NCBI GenBank assembly: GCA_902496945.1
Contig: CABVDE010000002.1
Span: 6,525-70,524 of the forward strand
Reading direction: 5' to 3'
Length of the DNA stretch: 64,000 bases
Origin: an uncultured Collinsella sp.
GTDB taxonomy: Bacteria; Actinomycetota; Coriobacteriia; Coriobacteriales; Coriobacteriaceae
The notes beneath the pieces are model-generated. The model made no database searches, was not told the origin of the DNA, and was given only the letters and a program-made list of their open reading frames with translations. Shown here piece by piece: positions 1 through 9,847 of this stretch (its first letter is position 1; each line of letters begins with the position of its first letter). A program made the position numbers and the translations under genes.

Positions 1-6
1 CGATGT

Positions 7-1095
7 ATGGCACATGTCGATGACCAGCGTGTGGCGCGCGTGCTCGATGCGCTCGAGGCCCAGCACCCCCGCGCGCAGCTGCTCGTAAACGACCCGTGGT
101 CGATCTATTACTTGACCGGCTTTTATGCCGATATGTTCGAGCGTTTTTGCGGCGTGCTGCTCACACGTGATGCCGAGCCGGTGATCCTGGTCAACGCACT
201 GCATCAACTGCCCGAGTATGACAATGCCCGCGTTGCCTATCACACCGATACCGACATCGTGGCCGACGCCATCGCGCGCGAGGTCGATCCGACCAAACCA
301 CTCGGCATCGATGCCGTTATGCGCTCCGGCTTTTTGATGCCCCTCATGGAGCGCCATGCTGCCAGCGAGTTTTTCCTGGGCGACTTTGCCGTCACCGCCG
401 CACGCACGCACAAGGACGAAGCTGAGCAGGAGCTCATGCGCGCGTCCTCGGCCGCCAACGACGCTGTGATGGCCGACGCGATCAAGCTCGTTCACGAGGG
501 CGTGACGGAGCGCGAGATTGCCGCCCAGATGCTCAGCCTATACCGCAAGCACGGCTGCGAGGACTTTAGCTTTCCGCCGATCGTGAGCTTTGGCGCTAAC
601 GCCGGCGACCCGCATCACGAGCCCGATGGCACTGTGCTCAAGCACGGCGACGTGGTGCTGTTTGACATTGGTGGGCGCCATCGCAACTACTGCTCGGACA
701 TGACGCGCACGTTCCTTTGGGGCGAGCCGGACGAGGAGACGGCGCGTATCTACGACATCGTGCGCCGCGCCAACGAGGCCGCCGAGGCGCTCATCGCACC
801 GGGCGTGCGCATGTGTGACCTGGACCGTGCCGCGCGCGACGTGATCGAGGACGCGGGCTATGGGCAGTACTTCACGCACCGCCTGGGCCACTCGATTGGT
901 CTGCAGGACCACGAGCCGGGCGACGTCTCGCTCGTCAACAAGCAGGTCGTAGAGCCGGGCATGACGTTTTCCATCGAGCCGGGCATCTACCTCCCCGGCC
1001 GCACCGGCGTCCGCATCGAGGACCTAGCGCTTGTGACCGAGAATGGCGTCGAGATCCTCAACGCCTACCCCCACGACCCAGTCCGCCTGGATTAG
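7..1095 (+). CDS. Xaa-Pro peptidase family (M24B) aminopeptidase
   Basis: M24 metal-binding motifs: DIG..YCSDMTRT, HRLGHSIGLQDHE, FSIEPGIY, GVRIED. Confidence 0.9.
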   Translation: MAHVDDQRVARVLDALEAQHPRAQLLVNDPWSIYYLTGFYADMFERFCGVLLTRDAEPVILVNALHQLPEYDNARVAYHTDTDIVADAIAREVDPTKPLGIDAVMRSGFLMPLMERHAASEFFLGDFAVTAARTHKDEAEQELMRASSAANDAVMADAIKLVHEGVTEREIAAQMLSLYRKHGCEDFSFPPIVSFGANAGDPHHEPDGTVLKHGDVVLFDIGGRHRNYCSDMTRTFLWGEPDEETARIYDIVRRANEAAEALIAPGVRMCDLDRAARDVIEDAGYGQYFTHRLGHSIGLQDHEPGDVSLVNKQVVEPGMTFSIEPGIYLPGRTGVRIEDLALVTENGVEILNAYPHDPVRLD

Positions 1096-1134
1096 CCAAT
1101 GTGACAAAGGGACTGTCCCTTTGTCACATTGGCT
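1094..1134. repeat. Perfect 41-bp palindrome with GGGAC/GTCCC core; shorter copy at 33556-33582
   Basis: AGCCAATGTGACAAAGGGAC-T-GTCCCTTTGTCACATTGGCT, 20-bp arms and 1-nt centre. Confidence 0.85.
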
Positions 1135-1142
1135 GACGCTGT

Positions 1143-1302
1143 GCCACGAAAACGGGCTATCTACTACGTTTATCCCGCATGGGTCGACCATGCGGGTCTT
1201 TTTTGAAAATCGGCGAGCCGTCTACCTGCGGTTTTGATTTCGCGTTTTTCAGTATGGTCGAGCGTAGTCGGTCAAACGTAGTAGATAGGCCCATTTCTTG
1301 GC
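1143..1302. repeat. 160-bp MITE/REPIN-like element, copy 1
   Basis: Imperfect terminal inverted repeats GCCACGAA..ATCTACTACGTT / AACGTAGTAGAT..TTCTTGGC; homologous 160-bp copy at 34389-34548. Confidence 0.8.
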
Positions 1303-1354
1303 GAGCGGCCCGATTCGAGATTAAAGGCAATCGCCTTCGGATGATCATTCTGAA

Positions 1355-1421
1355 AGTTGCGGTGGAATAGTTCCTGGATGGGCCGTCAAAAGCCGAAAAC
1401 AGGAACTATTTCACCGCAACT
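1355..1421. repeat. 67-bp palindromic intergenic repeat, copy 1 of 4
   Basis: AGTTGCGGTGGAATAGTTCCTG...CAGGAACTATTTCACCGCAACT; other copies at 33070, 62594, 63533. Confidence 0.85.
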
Positions 1422-1435
1422 GCTGAGGGGATGGG

Positions 1436-2779
1436 TTAGCGGAGCAGGCCGGCTACTTCTCCGGCTAGGGTGATGGTGCCGGCTGCTACGAAGGGCTCTT
1501 TGGCGGCTTCGAAAGCAGCGAGTGCCTCGGATACGCTCGGGTACACGCCGGCCAGCTTGTCGGCGTCCACAAGGGCGGCGAGCTCCTCTGCCGGCAGGGC
1601 GCGATCGGAATCGGTCTGGGTCACAACCACGCGTGGGAAGGCCGGGATCAACACGTCGACGATGCCCGCCACGTCCTTATCGGCCAGCGCGGCGCACAGC
1701 AGCGTTGGGCGATTCTCCACACACGGATCGATCTCGTCCAGCGCGCTCACAAAGTTCTCGCAGCTCTGGGGGTTATGGCAGGCGTCGATCAGCTTGAGCG
1801 GATCGGTTCCCAGCACATCAAAGCGACCCGGGGTGGGACAGCCCATAAGCGATGCATCGAGCTTGTCATGATCGAGTTCGCGACCCAAATAGCCCTCGCA
1901 GAGCATAATCGCGCACGCAGCATTCTGCGGCTGATAGGCCGGCTTGACCATGCTCGACGTATAGATGGCACGCGGCGTGGTGCAGCTAAACTCCACCGTA
2001 TCGCCCACGTGCGAAGGCACCTTGGTCGTGGCGTGACTCACCACGAGCGGCACAACGCCGCACTCACGGCAACGTGCATCCATCACACGCTGAACGCTCG
2101 CCTCATGCGTACCCTCGCCCAAAACAACCAGACGCCCGGGCTTAATAACCGCAGCCTTCTCCCCTGCAATGGCCTCGAGCGTGTCGCCCAAAATACGTGT
2201 ATGATCGAGCCCAATGCCCGTAATGGCAACGGCCACGGGATCAGTCGCACTCGTGGCATCCCAACGTCCGCCCATGCCAACCTCGAGCACGGCGACATCC
2301 ACCGCGGCCTCGGCAAACACCACCAGCGCGGCAGCCGTCAGCAGATCAAACGGCGTAATGGTATACGCGCGCTCCCCTGCCGCCAAGCGATGAGCATTCA
2401 CGCGATGCCCCGCCTCAACTGCGGCAGAGACACCACGGGCAAACGCCTCATCGCTCACCACACATCCGTCAACCTCCATGCGCTCGGGATAGCGCACCAG
2501 CTGCGGCGACGTATACAGCGCCGTCTTGAGCCCCTCGCCACGCAAGATGGCAGCCGAAAAACGCGTCGTAGAAGTCTTGCCATTGGTGCCGGCAACCTGA
2601 ATGCAATCAAAATACTCATCCGGACGCCCGAGTTCATCGAGCATATCGACAACCGTCTCGAGCAGAGGACCAGCATCCCCAGAAATCCGCCCCGTATCAG
2701 CAGCCAGACCAACAGCCTCATCAAACGAAAGCAACTCAAACGAGAAAGGAACCGAATAACAACCAGAACGCTTTGCCAT
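1436..2779 (-). CDS. folC: Folylpolyglutamate synthase / dihydrofolate synthase
   Basis: VAGTNGKTST P-loop, YTSPQL, LEVGMGGRWDAT, DHTRILGDT, PGRF, DACHNP; start set at ATG 2779 (ORF track extends to 2842). Confidence 0.9.
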   Translation of the reverse strand: MAKRSGCYSVPFSFELLSFDEAVGLAADTGRISGDAGPLLETVVDMLDELGRPDEYFDCIQVAGTNGKTSTTRFSAAILRGEGLKTALYTSPQLVRYPERMEVDGCVVSDEAFARGVSAAVEAGHRVNAHRLAAGERAYTITPFDLLTAAALVVFAEAAVDVAVLEVGMGGRWDATSATDPVAVAITGIGLDHTRILGDTLEAIAGEKAAVIKPGRLVVLGEGTHEASVQRVMDARCRECGVVPLVVSHATTKVPSHVGDTVEFSCTTPRAIYTSSMVKPAYQPQNAACAIMLCEGYLGRELDHDKLDASLMGCPTPGRFDVLGTDPLKLIDACHNPQSCENFVSALDEIDPCVENRPTLLCAALADKDVAGIVDVLIPAFPRVVVTQTDSDRALPAEELAALVDADKLAGVYPSVSEALAAFEAAKEPFVAAGTITLAGEVAGLLR

Positions 2780-2930
2780 AACCAAAGTCCCCCATAACAG
2801 AAAAAGAGACCCATCAAAAGAATGAGCCCCTCGCATTGACAATATCAGCCGCTTTCCGCTTGCAGTGAGATCAAGGCCACAACCAAGTGGCCCTCACCGG
2901 GCAGGCAGCGGACGCCCCCGTAACCGCTGT

Positions 2931-3047
2931 GGGAGCGGTTTGGGGCTTTGCTCGATACAAGTTCCGCACGAGCCGAAGGCCACTTAATGTGGCCTTCGTG
3001 CGAGCAGGACTGTCCGCAGTAGCGAGCAATGCCCCAAACCGCGTCCC
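2931..3047 (-). repeat. Conserved-core hairpin element (ATTAA-loop family), copy A
   Basis: Minus strand reads GTCCTGCTCGCACGAAGGCCAC-ATTAA-GTGGCCTTCGGCTCGTGCGGAA inside long imperfect inverted arms. Confidence 0.8.
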
Positions 3048-3057
3048 CCAGTTACGC

Positions 3058-5754
<2,697 letters not shown>

Positions 5755-5774
5755 ATATCTCTCCCTGTCCCGCC

Positions 5775-5889
5775 GGGGAGGAATGTAGGCCCGATTTTCG
5801 TTCGGTCAGGTCCTGGCTCGCACGAAGACCACATTAAATGGTCTTCGGCTCGTGCGGAATCTACGAAAATCGGGCCTACATTCCTCCCC
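5775..5889 (+). repeat. Conserved-core hairpin element (ATTAA-loop family), copy B, just upstream of valS
   Basis: Perfect 27-bp arms (5775-5801 / 5863-5889) around core TCGGTCAGGTCCTGGCTCGCACGAAGACCAC-ATTAA-ATGGTCTTCGGCTCGTGCGGAATCT. Confidence 0.85.
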
Positions 5890-5985
5890 TTAGGTATCGA
5901 TTACTTCAGTCTGAATTGACTTCGTTGAGACTTTAAACAATCACACAGAATAACACAGGTAGTTGGGGTTGTTGCGTATATATAT

Positions 5986-6019
5986 AATAGCCTCCGACCG
6001 CGGGTGGTCGGAGGCTATT
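5986..6019 (-). terminator. Hairpin after clpX, probable terminator
   Basis: 14-bp arms AATAGCCTCCGACC / GGTCGGAGGCTATT followed by AT-rich sequence. Confidence 0.65.
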
Positions 6020-6042
6020 TGCAAGCACGTTTTTGGCAGATT

Positions 6043-7449
6043 TTAGCCGTAGATACGCTGGGGCTGCTCTTCGCCCTTTACGGAGGCTTCGGTTACGACG
6101 ACCTTGGCGACGCCCTTCTCGCTGGGGAGGTCGAACATCGTCTGCTGCAGCACGTCCTCGCAGATGGAGCGCAGGCCGCGGGCGCCGGTCTTGCGGGCGA
6201 GCGCCATGCGGGCGATCTCGTGCAGGGCCGAGTCCTCAAACTCAAGCTCAACATCTTCGAGCTGGAACATCTTGCGGTACTGACGCACCACGGCGTTCTT
6301 GGGCTCGGTCAGGATCGAAACCAGGTCGTCCTCGTCGAGCGCCTGCGTCTGGGTGACGACGGGCGTACGTCCCACAAACTCGGGGATCATGCCAAAGGCG
6401 TTGAGGTCCTGCGGGAGCACCTGACGCAGCAGGTCGTTCTCGTCGACCGAGGTGGGGCCGGCGATTTCGGAGTTAAAGCCCACGCCCTTGTTGCCCACGC
6501 GGTCGGCGATGATCTTATCCAGGCCCACAAAAGCACCGCCGCAGATGAACAGGATGTTGGTCGTGTCGATCTGCAGCAGCTCCTGCTGGGGATGCTTGCG
6601 GCCGCCGGTGGGCGGAACGCTGGCCACCGTGCCCTCAAGAATCTTAAGCAGCGCCTGCTGAACGCCCTCGCCCGACACATCGCGGGTAATGGAGAGGTTC
6701 TCGGCCTTGCGGGCGATCTTGTCGATCTCGTCCACATAGATAATGCCAACCTGCGCGCGCTCGATATCGCCATCGGCGGCGTTGATGAGCTTGAGCAGGA
6801 TGTTCTCCACGTCCTCGCCCACATAGCCGGCCTCGGTGAGCGCAGTGGCGTCGGCGATGGCAAACGGCACCTCGAGGATGCGCGCGAGCGTCTGGGCCAA
6901 CAGGGTCTTGCCGGTACCGGTGGGACCGAGCAGAAGGATGTTGGACTTGGCGAGCTCCACCTCGTCCATATCGTCGTCGAACTGCGAGCCCATGCCGCCG
7001 TCAAAGGCGGGCACTGCGGCACCGCCCTCGATCACGCGGCGATAGTGGTTGTACACGGCCACCGACATGGCGCGCTTGGCGTCCTCCTGGCCCATCACAT
7101 AGGCAGAAAGCTCGTCATAGATCTCGTGCGGCGTCGGCACGTGCGTGATGACCTGGCGGTCGTCCTCAAGCTCAAAGCCCTCGGCCTCGGGGTCCACGGC
7201 TGGCTGAGACGCAGCTTGGCCGTGGTCGTTGAGGAAGCCCGGCAGCTTGCCGTTGCGCGCGGCATCCATAAAGTCCGAAGCCAGCGACTCCTCCAGGATC
7301 TCGGAACAGGCGGCGACGCACTCGTCGCAGATAAAGATGTTGGTCGGGCCCTTTACGAGACGACGGACCTGGCCCTGCTCTTTTCCACAGAAGGAGCAGC
7401 GGATGGGGTTACCGTTCTCGTCAAAGCCGTCCTGCATGTTTCCCGCCAT
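6043..7449 (-). CDS. clpX: ATP-dependent Clp protease ATP-binding subunit ClpX
   Basis: N-terminal CSFCGK..FICDEC zinc finger, [36 protein letters not shown] loop. Confidence 0.97.
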   Translation of the reverse strand: MAGNMQDGFDENGNPIRCSFCGKEQGQVRRLVKGPTNIFICDECVAACSEILEESLASDFMDAARNGKLPGFLNDHGQAASQPAVDPEAEGFELEDDRQVITHVPTPHEIYDELSAYVMGQEDAKRAMSVAVYNHYRRVIEGGAAVPAFDGGMGSQFDDDMDEVELAKSNILLLGPTGTGKTLLAQTLARILEVPFAIADATALTEAGYVGEDVENILLKLINAADGDIERAQVGIIYVDEIDKIARKAENLSITRDVSGEGVQQALLKILEGTVASVPPTGGRKHPQQELLQIDTTNILFICGGAFVGLDKIIADRVGNKGVGFNSEIAGPTSVDENDLLRQVLPQDLNAFGMIPEFVGRTPVVTQTQALDEDDLVSILTEPKNAVVRQYRKMFQLEDVELEFEDSALHEIARMALARKTGARGLRSICEDVLQQTMFDLPSEKGVAKVVVTEASVKGEEQPQRIYG

Positions 7450-7450
7450 C

Positions 7451-8083
7451 CTAGGCGTCCTTCGCGGCGAGATCGCGCGAGGTGACGATACGGTCGATCA
7501 GGCCGTAGTCGAGGGCCTCGGCAGCGGTCAGGTAGTTGTCGCGCTCGGTGTCGGCCTGGACCTTCTCGATGGGCTGGCCCGATGCGTCGGACAGGATCTG
7601 GTTGAGCTCGCGACGGGTCTTCTTGATCTCCTCGGCCACGATCTCAATCTCGGTCTGCTGGCCCTGGGCACCGCCGCTGGGCTGGTGAATCATGACCTTG
7701 GAGTGCGGCAGGCAGAAGCGCTTGCCCTTGGCGCCGGCCGAAAGCAGCACGGCGGCCATGGACGCGGCCATGCCGACGCAGATGGTGGAGACCTGCGGCT
7801 TGATGAAGTTCATGGTGTCCAGGATGGCTAGGCCGGAGTAGACCTCGCCGCCGGGCGAATTGATGTAGAGCGAGATATCCTTCTCGGCATCCTGGCTCTC
7901 AAGATGCAGCAGCTGGGCAACGACCAGGTTGGCGCTGACGGAGTTGATCTCCTCGCCCAAGAAGATGATGCGGTCGTTGAGCAGGCGCGAATAGATATCG
8001 TAGCTGCGCTCGCCGCGCGGCGTCTGCTCGATAACGTATGGCACGAGGGCGGAATCGAACTTAGCGATCATACGCATCTCCAT
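7451..8083 (-). CDS. clpP: Clp protease proteolytic subunit
   Basis: [21 protein letters not shown] (catalytic Ser), MIHQP (His), ERDNY. Confidence 0.97.
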   Translation of the reverse strand: MEMRMIAKFDSALVPYVIEQTPRGERSYDIYSRLLNDRIIFLGEEINSVSANLVVAQLLHLESQDAEKDISLYINSPGGEVYSGLAILDTMNFIKPQVSTICVGMAASMAAVLLSAGAKGKRFCLPHSKVMIHQPSGGAQGQQTEIEIVAEEIKKTRRELNQILSDASGQPIEKVQADTERDNYLTAAEALDYGLIDRIVTSRDLAAKDA

Positions 8084-8233
8084 TTCTCTTACGGACCAAT
8101 AATGGTTCTAGACAAACGTACGGTGCCCGCATGCTATGCATTGGCTGGCACCGTACGAAGCAACCGGATAACCGGCTTATAACTTTACCCCATCACGGGC
8201 ACATGCATGCGCTCGCGGGCAAGGTGGCGAGAA

Positions 8234-9532
8234 TTACTCGGCGTCCTTGGCGGTCTCGTCGACCTCGGTCACCTTGGCGTTCTCGACCAGGTGGTCGACG
8301 GCCTTGGAGCGACGGATGGACTCGCGGACGGCAGGCATGCGGCCATCGGCGATGAACTCGGCCTTGGAAGCCTCGACGTCCTTGACGCCGGCCTTCTCGA
8401 ACTCGGCGTTGACGTCGTCCTCGGTGACCTCGATCTTGAGCTCACGGGCGAGGGCGTCGAGCGCCAGGGACTCACGGGCAACGTCGTTGGCCTGCTTGTG
8501 CAGGTCGCCGATGAACTGCTCCATGGTCAGGCCGGAAGCGGGCAGCCAGGTGTCGAGCGTCATGCCGCGGGCAGCGAGGTTGGACAGGAAGTTCTGGCCA
8601 AGCTCCTCGAAGACGGACTGCTCGTAGTCGGCGTCCATCTCGTCGAGCTGCAGGCGCTCGGCGAGAGCGGCGACGCAGCGGTTCTCCTTCTCGGCCGGGA
8701 GGCGGGAAGCCTTGTCCTGCTCGATCTCGATCTTGATGGCGTCGCGCATGGCGTCGATGCTGTCGAAACCGAAGTCGGACTTGACGAGCTCGTCGGTGAG
8801 CTCGGGGATGTTGCGGACCTTGATGCCCTTGACGGTGAGCTCGACGGTGTGGGTCTCGGCCTCCTCACCCTCCTCGACCTCGTCGGTCCAGGTGACGGTC
8901 TTGACGTCGTCAACGTTGGCGCCGATCAGGGCCTCGTTGAACTCAGCGGGGTTGCTGTCGCTACCGGCGATGAGCATGCGGCCCTCGGCGGCGAAGTCGT
9001 CGGCGTTCTCGACGGCCTTGAGGTCGACGGTCACATAGTCGTCAGCCTCTACGGCGCGACCCTCGACGTCCTCGAAGGTGGCACGGTAGCTGAGGAGCAT
9101 CTCGACCTGGTTGTTGATCTCGGACTCGGTGACCTCCGCGGGAGGCATCTCGATCTCGACGGCGTCGAAGGAGGAGAGCTCGGCAGCAGGACGCAGGGAG
9201 AACTCGACGGTATAGGTGTAGTCCTCGTGATCCTTGGCGAGGTCGAGCTCCTTGTAGTCACCGCTCTTGGTGGGGACAATGTCCAGCTCGTTGAGGACGG
9301 CGGGCTCGTTGGCGGCGATCAGATCGTTGGTAGCCTGAGCGAGGGTAGCCTCGGCGCCCAGAGCGGAGTCGATGACCGGACGGGGAGCCTTGCCGGCGCG
9401 GAAGCCCGGGAAGCGGTACTTCTTGGCGGTCTCCTTGTAGGCCTTCTTGATCGCGGCGTCGACGTCGGCGGCCGGGATGGTGACCGTGGCGGTGAGCTTG
9501 GCGTCCTTGACGTCAGAAGCGGTGATGTTCAA
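8234..9532 (-). CDS. tig: Trigger factor
   Basis: PGFRAGKAP ribosome-binding loop; tig-clpP-clpX order; TTG start at 9532 behind AGGAGG (GTG at 9535 is an alternative). Confidence 0.92.
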   Translation of the reverse strand: MNITASDVKDAKLTATVTIPAADVDAAIKKAYKETAKKYRFPGFRAGKAPRPVIDSALGAEATLAQATNDLIAANEPAVLNELDIVPTKSGDYKELDLAKDHEDYTYTVEFSLRPAAELSSFDAVEIEMPPAEVTESEINNQVEMLLSYRATFEDVEGRAVEADDYVTVDLKAVENADDFAAEGRMLIAGSDSNPAEFNEALIGANVDDVKTVTWTDEVEEGEEAETHTVELTVKGIKVRNIPELTDELVKSDFGFDSIDAMRDAIKIEIEQDKASRLPAEKENRCVAALAERLQLDEMDADYEQSVFEELGQNFLSNLAARGMTLDTWLPASGLTMEQFIGDLHKQANDVARESLALDALARELKIEVTEDDVNAEFEKAGVKDVEASKAEFIADGRMPAVRESIRRSKAVDHLVENAKVTEVDETAKDAE

Positions 9533-9623
9533 CACGTTCCTCCTCATACTGCCCAGCTTATCTGAGGTGCTGGTACCTTTATGCAACAAAGCGTCGCGAC
9601 GGCCGGGGCCGACGCAGGTGCGT

Positions 9624-9707
9624 TGGTGCGGGCGAAAGGACTCGAACCTTCACGGGAATCCCACCAGAACCTAAATCTGGCGCGTCTACCAATTCCGCCA
9701 CGCCCGC
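9624..9707 (-). tRNA. tRNA-Leu(TAG)
   Basis: GCGGGCGTGGCGGAATTGGTAGACGCG CCAGA-TTTAGGT-TCTGG, long variable arm, GTTCGAGTC, encoded CCA. Confidence 0.95.
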
Positions 9708-9847
9708 ATGAGCGCACAGACTAGGAATGATAGCAGATACGAACGGCAAGCGCACGCACACCTTTTACAGGCTCACGACCTCACCACGAGTGCAAAAGGC
9801 GGGACGAGTTGCCCAGCCCCGCCAGCTACGACTTGTTCGTTAGCCCG

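Noticed and set aside
5800..5865. ATTAA-family core as a hammerhead ribozyme (CTGACCGA..GAA on the minus strand)
   Set aside because: Does not fit the CUGANGA/GAAA three-stem junction; kept only as an unassigned structured element
5755..5990. T-box riboswitch upstream of valS (also looked for upstream of trpS)
   Set aside because: No T-box consensus (AGGGTGGNACCGCG-like) or specifier stem seen; the valS leader is occupied by the repeat element
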